A DNA stretch of 64,000 nucleotides from a virus (taxonomy: Duplodnaviria; Caudoviricetes). Every line of letters starts with the position of its first letter. Position 1 is the first letter of the stretch. Under the pieces are notes generated by a model that saw only the letters and a program-made list of their open reading frames with translations, searched no databases and had not been told where the DNA came from. The position numbers and the translations under genes were made by a program. Below are positions 7,910 through 17,596 of the stretch, piece by piece. The DNA lies in IMG/VR virus record IMGVR_UViG_2786546475_000015, positions 1 through 64,000 of that record, one strand, 5' to 3'.

Positions 7910-8042
7910 TAAAATGCTTCATGAGTTGGATTCGGATAAAGAATCTAACAAACAGGAAGATGATTCAGAAGAATAATTCAGAATAGTATTATAAACCCCT
8001 TTATCGTGTATAATTAAATACATTGATAAAGGGGTTTTTTTA

Positions 8043-9470
8043 ATGCGTATAGAAGTTTTAGAAGCTATTCCCGCCGCTGGAAAGACAAAAGCCTTTCTAA
8101 GGGATGTTAGAGACAATCCGAACGGTTGTGTAGTCGCTTCTATCAGTAGAAAATTAAGTAAGGATAGTCTTAATTATTATGAATCTATTGGTGGAAGTGA
8201 TATGGTCATTATCGATGGTGACCATTGTTCTAATGGTAGTGTTACTCAATCCATCAAACAAAATATAGATAAAAGAGTTATTTTCATCACGCATAAAGCG
8301 TTATTAGAGGTTGATTTGTCTATGTTTGAGGGTAGAGATTTATACATCGATGAAGTACCCGATTTAGTGAACATGGAAAATTATCGCTTTAAAGAGCATT
8401 TCCATGTTATCGAAAAATATTGTGATGTTGAAATGACTTCTGAAAATATGGGTTCGGTGAAACTAAAGCGAGGTTGTAAGTCTAAAATTAGTTCGATGAT
8501 TAATAGTGGTCTTAAAGAAGATGACTGTATTAGTCGTTCTATATATCCGATATTCCAAAGTCTATTACAAGAACTACCCGTTAAAATTAAAAAAGATGAT
8601 GACGGTATAGTCTTGTTTTTTGTTCGTGATAGTACGATGAACAATTGGGATAAATTAAACACTGTTACTATTGCATGTGCTAATTTTGAAGAAACGTTTA
8701 CGGGTAAAATATTAAAACATTGGTGTAAGTGGGAAGTTGCTAGGAGCGATCTAAACGATGTGTTAGATTTCTATGAATATCCTAATAGCGAACGAGTAAC
8801 TATTCATGTGTTGTGTGATAAAAAATGGTCTAGAACCGTAGCGGATAAGAAATATAAATCTCATACGGTCTACGAGGAAGCCGTTAGACGCGTTCAAAAC
8901 CATATAGGTAATGAATCATACCTGTATACAACAAATAAGTCCAGAGGAAAGCTTACAGGGCGCGAGATACAATATAACCCACATGGTTTAAACCGATATA
9001 TGAACGAAACCAATATTGTAGCTCTATTTTCTTATAACCCTATGCCGTGGCAAGTTCCGATTCTTAATAAGTTGTCTGAAATGTGTGATATGCCAAAAGA
9101 TACATTAGCAAAAGCGTTTACTATTTCTAAGTTCATTGAACCTGTATTCCAATTGTGTACACGTGGTAATATCCGAATCGCTCATAGTAAGAAACCGATT
9201 AATCTATATGTACCCGATTTAAGAACGGCTAAATACTTAATAGAAAGGTATATACCAAAAGGAAAGATTGATACTTCACTAATGATTGAAGTTGAACGAG
9301 ACAAAAAACCTAAAAAGCGTAAACCAAAAAGTATACCCGCATTATTGGGTATGAATAAAAAGCAACGCGCTAATTGGTATTACCACGTTCGTACTAAGGG
9401 GTACGGTAATAGTATAGATGATCCAAAAGATATAGCAAATGCTAGGAAGTGGTTAAATGAGCAAAAATAA
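8043..9470 (+). CDS. P-loop helicase-like NTPase with basic C-terminal tail
   Basis: Walker A AIPAAGKT, FITH, Walker B YIDEVP, QLCTRGNIR motif VI-like. Confidence 0.7.
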   Translation: MRIEVLEAIPAAGKTKAFLRDVRDNPNGCVVASISRKLSKDSLNYYESIGGSDMVIIDGDHCSNGSVTQSIKQNIDKRVIFITHKALLEVDLSMFEGRDLYIDEVPDLVNMENYRFKEHFHVIEKYCDVEMTSENMGSVKLKRGCKSKISSMINSGLKEDDCISRSIYPIFQSLLQELPVKIKKDDDGIVLFFVRDSTMNNWDKLNTVTIACANFEETFTGKILKHWCKWEVARSDLNDVLDFYEYPNSERVTIHVLCDKKWSRTVADKKYKSHTVYEEAVRRVQNHIGNESYLYTTNKSRGKLTGREIQYNPHGLNRYMNETNIVALFSYNPMPWQVPILNKLSEMCDMPKDTLAKAFTISKFIEPVFQLCTRGNIRIAHSKKPINLYVPDLRTAKYLIERYIPKGKIDTSLMIEVERDKKPKKRKPKSIPALLGMNKKQRANWYYHVRTKGYGNSIDDPKDIANARKWLNEQK

Positions 9471-9966
9471 TTATGTAGATAAAAAAGAATTACACGATGC
9501 TATTGTAGAATGGCTAGAACAAAGAAAAGAAGATGAAAACGCTCAAATGAGTGAGTTTATTGGTGACGCGATTATAAAGATCGCTACTGGATTTTGTAAA
9601 CAGTACAACTATGCTGGTTATACTTGGAACGACGAAATGATTGGTGATGCTATCGTCAATACAGTACGTTATTTACACAATTATAACCCAAGTAAGTATG
9701 ATAATCCACACGCTTACATTTCTATGTGTTGTGAGTCAGCCGCTAAAGGTCGTCTTAACAAAGAAGAAGCTAATCTAGCCGTTCGTTATAAATATTTCGT
9801 TGATAATTTTGATATTCATGATGAAAATTTTGATGCTGAAATGTCAGACGATTTTATGAACGATATTCAAGATAAAATTGGTAAACACGAAAAGAAGCGT
9901 CAAGCTAGAAAAGAAAAACGTAGAAAGAAACAAATGAATAAAAATGGTAACGGGTTAGATATATGA
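9457..9966 (+). CDS. 55: late transcription sigma factor gp55
   Basis: NYVDKKEL, YAGYTWNDEMIGDA, YDNPHAYI. Confidence 0.95.
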   Translation: MSKNNYVDKKELHDAIVEWLEQRKEDENAQMSEFIGDAIIKIATGFCKQYNYAGYTWNDEMIGDAIVNTVRYLHNYNPSKYDNPHAYISMCCESAAKGRLNKEEANLAVRYKYFVDNFDIHDENFDAEMSDDFMNDIQDKIGKHEKKRQARKEKRRKKQMNKNGNGLDI

Positions 9967-10676
9967 AATCGTTAATACAATTTATTATTGAAGCGGGTGG
10001 TGCGGAAGCTGGTAAATTAGAAATAGCCAATACTTCTTTAAATACAGCCGTAACTTATGCTAGTAGATTGTTTGATGATAATGGTATGGATCTATATGAT
10101 GAAATACCAGATTTCGATTTCAATTACGAACTAGCTCAAAGAAAATCGACAATGGGTTGGACGCGCCGAAAAGATATGCCTGTCATTAGCTCTAGTGATT
10201 TAAAACAATTTCAAAAACGATTGGCTAATGGCGAATTGGATGTTGTTTTAAACCCACGTGCTAACAGTACTAACCCTAAAAATCCGTTCCCACAAGGTTT
10301 GAGTGGTTCAGAAGCTAGGGATTGGCTTAACGCTGGTATGCACGATGGTTATATACCCGATGATAAAGTTGATGTTAAAATGACTAAGGTTAGGGTCAAA
10401 AATTTAAACCCTATACAAAAACAGATTTATTTTGACAAATCGATAAAAGGTATTTCAAAGAATGGTGCTGATAAATCTAGAAATTTTTACACCGATACGG
10501 TATTAATAGCTAGTGCTGATAATTATATTATCGATGGTCACCACCGATTTTTGGGTTCTATATTACTTGATCCAGAAATGAAAGTAAATGTGTTATCTAT
10601 CGATTTACCTATCAAGAAATTATTACCTTTATCGTTGGCATATAGTGACGCGATAGGAAACAAAAGAAACAAATGA
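9963..10676 (+). CDS. ParB/Srx-like domain protein with CTS-like N-terminus
   Basis: LNPIQKQI and YIIDGHHR motifs; MKSLIQFIIE start. Confidence 0.7.
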   Translation: MKSLIQFIIEAGGAEAGKLEIANTSLNTAVTYASRLFDDNGMDLYDEIPDFDFNYELAQRKSTMGWTRRKDMPVISSSDLKQFQKRLANGELDVVLNPRANSTNPKNPFPQGLSGSEARDWLNAGMHDGYIPDDKVDVKMTKVRVKNLNPIQKQIYFDKSIKGISKNGADKSRNFYTDTVLIASADNYIIDGHHRFLGSILLDPEMKVNVLSIDLPIKKLLPLSLAYSDAIGNKRNK

Positions 10677-12499
10677 AGGCATTATCATTATTCACTGGTG
10701 TAGGTGGTATAGATTTAGCCCTAGAGTCAGAAGGGATCGATGTAGTACAAATGTGCGAGGTTGATCCTTTTTGTGTATCTATACTAAACAAAAGATTTCC
10801 TAATATACCAGTACACGACGACATACGAACATTAGATGGTAGTCAATTTAAAGGTGTTGACATTGTTGTGGGTGGTTTCCCTTGTTTTACCAAGGACGCT
10901 ATGATATCAACCGAAAATGGGTTAAAGAAAATAGATTCATTGAATGTTGGTGAGCGCGTTTTAACTCATACAAATGTATATAAACCTATTAAATCTAGAA
11001 TGGTTACTAAAAATAAACCAGTACATGAAATTAATATACAAGGATTACCAAAAATTTTTGGTACAGAGGAACATCCTTTTTATGTAAGGGAAAAGATAGG
11101 TAAGGTATTTAAAGAACCTATTTGGCTACCTGTTAATGAATTAAAGAAAAATGTACATTATTGTGGTATACCAATAAACCAGTTATCAGAAAACCCTTAT
11201 AAATTAACCGAAGAAGAATGTTATATATTGGGTAGGTATTTGGCTGATGGTCATACTATAAAAAGGTATAGAACGAACGAAAATAGACCTAAAGATAGAT
11301 ATTGGGGTGTCGTTCTTTCTATCGGTGACGCTAAATTAACTGACTTTAAAAGCAAAATATCGTCAAATTATACGTTACATAAACATACAAAATCTGTACA
11401 TAGGGCTATATTCAGTTCAAAAAGACTGGTAAAAATCGCAGAACAGCATTGCGGTATTGGTTCTGGTAATAAATTTATATCTGATATGATATTGAGTTTA
11501 CCTAAACCCCTTCTTGAAAGTTTCTATAATGGTTACGTTTCTGGTGATGGTTATTCTGATGGTAGAACTATGACTATATCTACCGTCAGTAAAAATCTTG
11601 CTATAACGTTTTCATTAATGGTAGCAAAGTTATATGAAATACCGTGTTCTTATAGATATGTAAAAACGGATGACACTAAGGTTATCGAAGGTAGAATAGT
11701 CAATCAGAAAGATTATCATAGAGTTCAATTTGTGTTAAATCCTAAAAGAAAATTGGGGTATTCGGATGGTAATCATTTATGGGTTAAGTTTAGGGATATG
11801 AATTTTTACCGATACGAAACTGTTTATAATATCGAAGTTGATGATGATAATTCTTATGTAGTAAATGGTGTAGTTGTACACAACTGTCAACCATTTTCTA
11901 CGGCGGGGAAACAAAAAGGCGAAGAAGATGAAAGGTATTTGTGGAATGAAATGTGTAGAATCATTAGACAGTCTAGACCGAATTGGGTTATTGGAGAAAA
12001 CGTTAAAGGATTACTTCAAACAGGAATTGAAACAGTCGAATCCGATCTTAGAAATGAAGGCTACGAAGTTAGGACATACGTATTATCGGCTAAAGACGTT
12101 GGAGCATACCACGGACGCGAGCGAGTGTTCATCATTGGATGTAAAAAAGAACGACTATCTACCGACACCGCAATTGATGGATTACATAGGTGCGAGGTCG
12201 GAGATAGGGTTACACAAGCTGATGAACGGACAACGGAAAGGTCGAACGAAAATAAATGCTTTAAAAGATGTAGCCGCGTACGGTCTGTACTACCATTCAG
12301 AGATTACAAAAAAGGATGGAGAACTGAACCCAACATTCGTAGAATATCTGATGGGTCTACCCGAAAATTGGACAAATCCAGAATAAAAGCATTGGGTAAT
12401 GCAGTAGTACCACAACAAATCCTACCATTCATACGCGCTATCGTTGCAGTAGAAAACTACGATGGTGACGTATCCGACATAAATCCGCTAGGTATATAG
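10673..12499 (+). CDS. C5 cytosine DNA methyltransferase (alpha subunit), intein-containing
   Basis: Motif I LFTGVGG, IV GGFP|CQPFS, VI ENV, VIII RERV, X LGNAV. Confidence 0.93.
   Translation: MKALSLFTGVGGIDLALESEGIDVVQMCEVDPFCVSILNKRFPNIPVHDDIRTLDGSQFKGVDIVVGGFPCFTKDAMISTENGLKKIDSLNVGERVLTHTNVYKPIKSRMVTKNKPVHEINIQGLPKIFGTEEHPFYVREKIGKVFKEPIWLPVNELKKNVHYCGIPINQLSENPYKLTEEECYILGRYLADGHTIKRYRTNENRPKDRYWGVVLSIGDAKLTDFKSKISSNYTLHKHTKSVHRAIFSSKRLVKIAEQHCGIGSGNKFISDMILSLPKPLLESFYNGYVSGDGYSDGRTMTISTVSKNLAITFSLMVAKLYEIPCSYRYVKTDDTKVIEGRIVNQKDYHRVQFVLNPKRKLGYSDGNHLWVKFRDMNFYRYETVYNIEVDDDNSYVVNGVVVHNCQPFSTAGKQKGEEDERYLWNEMCRIIRQSRPNWVIGENVKGLLQTGIETVESDLRNEGYEVRTYVLSAKDVGAYHGRERVFIIGCKKERLSTDTAIDGLHRCEVGDRVTQADERTTERSNENKCFKRCSRVRSVLPFRDYKKGWRTEPNIRRISDGSTRKLDKSRIKALGNAVVPQQILPFIRAIVAVENYDGDVSDINPLGI
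10883..11884 (+). mobile_element. 334 aa intein with LAGLIDADG endonuclease
   Basis: Starts CFTKDA, block B TEEHPF, YILGRYLADG and FYNGYVSGDG, ends VYNIEV...VVHN before Cys. Confidence 0.95.
11928..12386 (+). CDS. nested +1-frame beta subunit of the C5-MTase (motif IX carrier)
   Basis: LPTP and LNPTFVEYLMGLPENWT motifs; arrangement of M.EcoHK31I; start codon uncertain. Confidence 0.75.
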   Translation: MKGICGMKCVESLDSLDRIGLLEKTLKDYFKQELKQSNPILEMKATKLGHTYYRLKTLEHTTDASECSSLDVKKNDYLPTPQLMDYIGARSEIGLHKLMNGQRKGRTKINALKDVAAYGLYYHSEITKKDGELNPTFVEYLMGLPENWTNPE

Positions 12500-12555
12500 T
12501 TTTGTAGCCCCGTTTGTATGATATAATTTTATAAATTGTCCAAATGGGGTTTAAC

Positions 12556-12780
12556 ATGAAAAAAGTAGTATTAGATAAACAATCATTATTAGAACAATCA
12601 GAGTATGATACAGCGGTAGCCGCTCACTTAGTTCGTTTACAGTTATTAGAATGCGATATTCCAGTAGATGTACCATTTCCTAAAATCGAAAAAACTGTAA
12701 TAAATGTTCTTAGGGGTAGTTTATCGTGTTATTATGACCAAAATTTAATCACATTCGAATGGTATGATGATAATGAATGA
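12556..12780 (+). CDS. hypothetical protein
   Basis: ggggt RBS before ATG 12556. Confidence 0.6.
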   Translation: MKKVVLDKQSLLEQSEYDTAVAAHLVRLQLLECDIPVDVPFPKIEKTVINVLRGSLSCYYDQNLITFEWYDDNE

Positions 12781-12914
12781 TATTTATGACAAAATTTTTT
12801 ATTGTTGGCGTAAAGGTTATAGAACGTCAAAAATAAAAGAATATGTTAAGGATAGATCTTTGTCTGATAAAGATATATCCGATTTGTTTAAATGTGTAAC
12901 TGAAAGGTATTGGA

Positions 12915-13574
12915 ATGGAAAACGAGATTCAAAAGAAGTTTAAAGAGAATAGATCAGAAGATGTAATTTGGGATAAACCATCTAATGACGAGAGTACTAA
13001 AATTTTTATTCTCAACGCGCCGCCACGTGCTGGTAAAGATTCTTTAGCTGAATATCTGCATAAAGAATTAGGTGCTAGTAAATTTTCTTTTAAAGATAAA
13101 CTGTTTGCTATTGCGTTTGTGACTGGTAATTTTACGCGTGATGAATGGCTTAATGTATGGATTCCGCGTTATAATACGGATGCTAAAGATAAACCTTGGG
13201 ATCGTATTGGTGGTATTAGTCAGCGCGATTATTTAATTAAGATTTCAGAAGAATGGATCAAGCCACATTACGGTAATGATTATTTTGGTAATTGCCTAGT
13301 CAATAATATTAATAACCAACGTTGTGATATCGCCGTTGTGTCTGATGGCGGTTTTGTTGATGAAATCGAACCATTATTTAATAAGTACGGCAAAGAAAAT
13401 GTGTATATCGTCCAATGGTCTAAGAAAGGTTGTAGTTTTGAAAACGATAGCCGTGACTATATCGATGATTATCCAGATAATATTATCAAAGTTGGTGAAA
13501 ATGTTCAAGACCACTTCGATGTATTCGCTGAAAAAGCTAAGAATAAACTATCTATGTACGCGAACTACGGTTAA
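12915..13574 (+). CDS. deoxynucleoside monophosphate kinase-like P-loop protein
   Basis: LNAPPRAGKD, SFKDKL, VVSDGGF..E. Confidence 0.78.
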   Translation: MENEIQKKFKENRSEDVIWDKPSNDESTKIFILNAPPRAGKDSLAEYLHKELGASKFSFKDKLFAIAFVTGNFTRDEWLNVWIPRYNTDAKDKPWDRIGGISQRDYLIKISEEWIKPHYGNDYFGNCLVNNINNQRCDIAVVSDGGFVDEIEPLFNKYGKENVYIVQWSKKGCSFENDSRDYIDDYPDNIIKVGENVQDHFDVFAEKAKNKLSMYANYG

Positions 13575-13576
13575 TT

Positions 13577-13786
13577 ATGAATATTAATGATAAAAGAGAA
13601 GTAAGACGTTTGTGTAAGCTGATGAAAAAAGCTATACAAAACGAAAACCGAGAACAATACACCTATGCTATCGCTAAGTCAAAATATCTATGTGGCGATA
13701 CAAATAGTATTATTCTCGACGATTCTTGTTATGATCGTGCTATGGAACGTTTGAATAACACAAAAAGTAGGACAGGTGTTAAGTGA
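13577..13786 (+). CDS. small hypothetical protein at the T4 a-gt.x position
   Basis: Immediately upstream of gene 47. Confidence 0.55.
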   Translation: MNINDKREVRRLCKLMKKAIQNENREQYTYAIAKSKYLCGDTNSIILDDSCYDRAMERLNNTKSRTGVK

Positions 13787-14829
13787 GTAAAACAATATTA
13801 TTAGGTGATATGCATGTTGGGGCTACAAAGGATAGCCCCTATGTGTATAAAATTATCGAACATGGTTTAAAGCAAGTCGTTGAATATGCTAAAAAGCATA
13901 ATATTAGAAGATTGATTCAAGCGGGTGATTGGTTTGATACGCGTAAAGCGGTATCACAAGTCGCTATGGAATTTAATCGTTATGTCGTCATGCCAATGTT
14001 AGAAAGTCAGTTTACCGAAATTATCGTATTAGTCGGTAACCACGACATGCATTATCGACAAAAAATTAGCCCGAATAGCGTTGAAGAATTGTTAGGCGAT
14101 TACGATAGTGTTACCGTAGTAGATACGCCGATGACATTAGACATGGGTAAATTTCAATTTGATTTATTTCCTTGGATGTGTGACGAAAACCGTGAACAAA
14201 TTATGGAGTTTATCAAAAACTCTAATTCTGATTTTAGTTTAGGTCATTGGGAATTGGACGGTTACGAATTCTATCGTGGTATTCGTAGTAGTGGCGACGA
14301 TCCTCAATTTCTACGTAAATATGATTTAGCTTATAGTGGTCATTATCATACTATAAACGGTGATAGTACGGTTCAGTATTTAGGTACGCCGTACACGTTG
14401 ACTATGGGTGATGCCAATGATCCGCGTGGATTCTTTGTATTTGATGATGAAACGGGTACACACGAAATTGTTTATAATACCGAAACATGGCATTACAAGC
14501 TTTATTTTGACGCTAATACATGGGATAAGAACCCTAAAGATTATGCTGGTAAGCGTGTTCATTTAGTGGTTGAAAATCTGGTTGATGATAACGGTAAGAA
14601 AACTAATATCGACAAGATATTCGATAAGTTCGAAAGTGTTTGTGAAACATTCGGCTATACATATGATCAAGAAATTCAAGAAGCCAAGGAAGATGAAGAA
14701 GTTGACGTAAAAGCGAGATCGTTTAATGAAATCGTAGATAATCGCGTTGATATTATGGAAGAACCCGACGAAGTTAAGAAACGTGTTAAGTCGATCATGC
14801 TTGGTTTACGTACAGAGGTTCAACAGTGA
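13783..14829 (+). CDS. 47: recombination endonuclease gp47 (Mre11/SbcD-like)
   Basis: GDMH, GDWFD, GNHD, SGHYH phosphoesterase motifs; synteny. Confidence 0.96.
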   Translation: MSKTILLGDMHVGATKDSPYVYKIIEHGLKQVVEYAKKHNIRRLIQAGDWFDTRKAVSQVAMEFNRYVVMPMLESQFTEIIVLVGNHDMHYRQKISPNSVEELLGDYDSVTVVDTPMTLDMGKFQFDLFPWMCDENREQIMEFIKNSNSDFSLGHWELDGYEFYRGIRSSGDDPQFLRKYDLAYSGHYHTINGDSTVQYLGTPYTLTMGDANDPRGFFVFDDETGTHEIVYNTETWHYKLYFDANTWDKNPKDYAGKRVHLVVENLVDDNGKKTNIDKIFDKFESVCETFGYTYDQEIQEAKEDEEVDVKARSFNEIVDNRVDIMEEPDEVKKRVKSIMLGLRTEVQQ

Positions 14830-15557
14830 GTTATGTTAACTTAATGCAAGGCGATTGTCTTGAAAGAATGAAAGAAATACCAGACGGCAGTGTTGATATG
14901 GTGTTGACCGATCCACCTTATGGAACAACCGCCTGTAAGTGGGATACTGTTATTGATTTAGATAAGATGTGGATGCAATTGAAACGGGTTATTAAACCTA
15001 ATGGGGCTATTGTAATGACTGCTAGCCAGCCGTTTACGAGTGCGCTAATAATGAGTAACCCTAAAACGTTTAAGTATTGTTGGGTGTGGGAGAAAGAAAG
15101 ACCTAGTAATCCCATGCTTGCTAAAAAACAACCACTAAAGTATCACGAAGATATTATAGTTTTTTATGATAAATTACCATTGTATAATCCCATAATGACT
15201 AAGGGCGATAAAAATCACGGTAGTACGTCTGGTAGTCACTTTAACCAAATCACACAAACAAATAGTAAATATTGTCCGAACATTTCGGATATGAAATATC
15301 CTAAGAGTATTCAAAGGTTTAACAGTGAGAGGGGTAGTACTGAACACCCAACCCAAAAACCAGTAGCACTAATGGAATACCTAATTAAGACCTACACCTA
15401 TCTCGGCGAAACGGTACTTGACTTTACTATGGGTAGTGGTACTACTGGTGTTGCCTGTAAAAACCTTAACCGTAATTTTATCGGCATTGAATTAGACCAA
15501 GAATATTTTGATATCGCTAAAAAACGTATCGAATCAGTGAATAATTTGGGGATATAA
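14826..15557 (+). CDS. beta-class N4-C/N6-A DNA methyltransferase
   Basis: TDPPY, HPTQKP, VLDFTMGSGTTG, FIGIEL. Confidence 0.95.
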   Translation: MSYVNLMQGDCLERMKEIPDGSVDMVLTDPPYGTTACKWDTVIDLDKMWMQLKRVIKPNGAIVMTASQPFTSALIMSNPKTFKYCWVWEKERPSNPMLAKKQPLKYHEDIIVFYDKLPLYNPIMTKGDKNHGSTSGSHFNQITQTNSKYCPNISDMKYPKSIQRFNSERGSTEHPTQKPVALMEYLIKTYTYLGETVLDFTMGSGTTGVACKNLNRNFIGIELDQEYFDIAKKRIESVNNLGI

Positions 15558-17248
15558 TGAAATTAACGTTTAAAAATATAGAATTCAAAAACTTTTTAAG
15601 TACTGGTAACGACTCTATCAATATCAATCTTTGCGAACATGATAAAACGCTTATTACGGGTTCAAACGGTGCTGGTAAATCGCAGTTATTGGATGCTATT
15701 TACTTTGCATTGTTCGGTAAACCATTCCGTAAACTGAAATCTAAGAATCAGTTAATTAATGGTACGAACAAGAAAAAGCTTGAAGTCGAATTAGAATTGT
15801 CTAAGGGTAACATTGATTACAAAATTATTCGTGGTATGAAGCCGAATAAATTAGAGTTCTACAAAGACGGTGAAAAGGTTGATGAAGCCGCTAGCGTAAA
15901 AGATTTCCAATCGATTATCGAAGATACCATAGGATTAAACGAAACCACATTTAAACAGGTTATCGTAGTGGGTACGGCTGGTTACACACCATTTATGGAG
16001 TTGACTACACCACAAAAACGTGCTTTTATCGAAGAACTATTGGATGTGTCCGTATATGGTCAGATGAATGATATCAATAAACAAGCTGTTAAAGATATCA
16101 AAAACCGAATGACTAGTATTGAGTCGGAAATTGAATCGCTTAAACGTGAAGCATTAGCTCATAAAGATCATATCGATAGCTATAAAAAACTTAATGATGA
16201 AAATCAACGTAAGCTGAAAGCTATGTATGATGAATACGTTAAAACAGCTAAAGAAAGTAAAGTTAAGTTATCGAAATTAAAAGAACAGTACGAATCGTTA
16301 CAAGAACAGTATGATAGTTCTTTTTCTCAACAATTGTCTAAAGTCAATAATGACATTCGTTCGATTCGTCAGAAAATGAATTCGATTAAGTCGGATTTAG
16401 AGTTCTTTACAGATAGTGGTGAGTGTCCTACATGTACACAAACTATTGCGCCAGAGTTGATTGAATCTGTTAAAAATGATAGTGAAAAAGAGATCAGCGA
16501 ATATAATAATGAATTGAAAAAACTTGATTCATCGCAATCTGAACTTGAAGAAATTGTAGATAAACAAAACAAGTTATCCGAACAGATTAAAGATATTCGT
16601 CGTGATATGGCTTCATTGAAAAATGAAATCGAGCAATCAGTATCCAAAGCTAAGAAAGTTAAATCTAATATGGAAGTCGAGGATAAGACAGACGACTATC
16701 GCGATAAACTCAACGCTGTTAAAGAAAAGATAATCGAAGCTAAAGAATCTAAAGGTGAATTGTTTGAAGAACAATACGCACGTTCTTTAGTCGCTGAATT
16801 ATTGAAAGATAGTGGTATTAAAGCTGATGTTCTTAATGAGTATATGCCACTAATCAATAAGAAATTGAATCAATACATTAAACGTACAGGCTGGAATTGT
16901 TTAATCACGTTAGATAGTCAGTTTAATGAAACGGTTCAAACAGTCGGTAAACAGAATTTCGCGTACGGTTCATTCAGTCAAGGTGAGAAAGCGCGTATTG
17001 ATGTTAGCTTATTGTTTACATGGCGTGATATCGCTCAAACCGTTAGTGGTGTCGAAATTAATCTATTAGTTTTAGATGAAGTATTCGATTCAGCCGCAGA
17101 CAGTCAAGGTATCGAAGCTATTCAAGGTATACTTAACGATATCAATGGTAATATCTTTGTTATTAGCCACAGAGAAAGCCATGATACCGAAATGTTCGAT
17201 AACCATATCCATATGGTCAAGCAAGGTAGATTTAGTCATAGAGGTTAA
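15557..17248 (+). CDS. 46: recombination ATPase gp46 (Rad50/SbcC-like)
   Basis: GSNGAGKS, zinc hook CPTC, FSQGE, LDEVFD, ISH. Confidence 0.96.
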   Translation: MKLTFKNIEFKNFLSTGNDSININLCEHDKTLITGSNGAGKSQLLDAIYFALFGKPFRKLKSKNQLINGTNKKKLEVELELSKGNIDYKIIRGMKPNKLEFYKDGEKVDEAASVKDFQSIIEDTIGLNETTFKQVIVVGTAGYTPFMELTTPQKRAFIEELLDVSVYGQMNDINKQAVKDIKNRMTSIESEIESLKREALAHKDHIDSYKKLNDENQRKLKAMYDEYVKTAKESKVKLSKLKEQYESLQEQYDSSFSQQLSKVNNDIRSIRQKMNSIKSDLEFFTDSGECPTCTQTIAPELIESVKNDSEKEISEYNNELKKLDSSQSELEEIVDKQNKLSEQIKDIRRDMASLKNEIEQSVSKAKKVKSNMEVEDKTDDYRDKLNAVKEKIIEAKESKGELFEEQYARSLVAELLKDSGIKADVLNEYMPLINKKLNQYIKRTGWNCLITLDSQFNETVQTVGKQNFAYGSFSQGEKARIDVSLLFTWRDIAQTVSGVEINLLVLDEVFDSAADSQGIEAIQGILNDINGNIFVISHRESHDTEMFDNHIHMVKQGRFSHRG

Positions 17249-17596
17249 TCATGCACGTTATATGGGAAGATTATTACGAAACAGAACCAGAAAGGAGAGA
17301 TATCTACATCATAGAATCTCATGATGGTTGTTATAGGCGTCAAATGTCTAAAAAGGAAATTAAACAAGCGTTTACGCCTTCTGAGTTCAGTTCTGTTTTA
17401 GATGGTACACACCCTGTATGGGTAGGATATAAACGTGATTGACCGAATATTTTTATCTTTGTCGTTCTATCCACTGTTTTTAGTATATTACTTAATTCAG
17501 TGTGGTAGAATGATAAAGAATAAACAAATAAAGCACGATTGTTATAAGGTTATACAACGTGCTAGAAATTATGGTATTTATGTATAAAGGTGAAAT

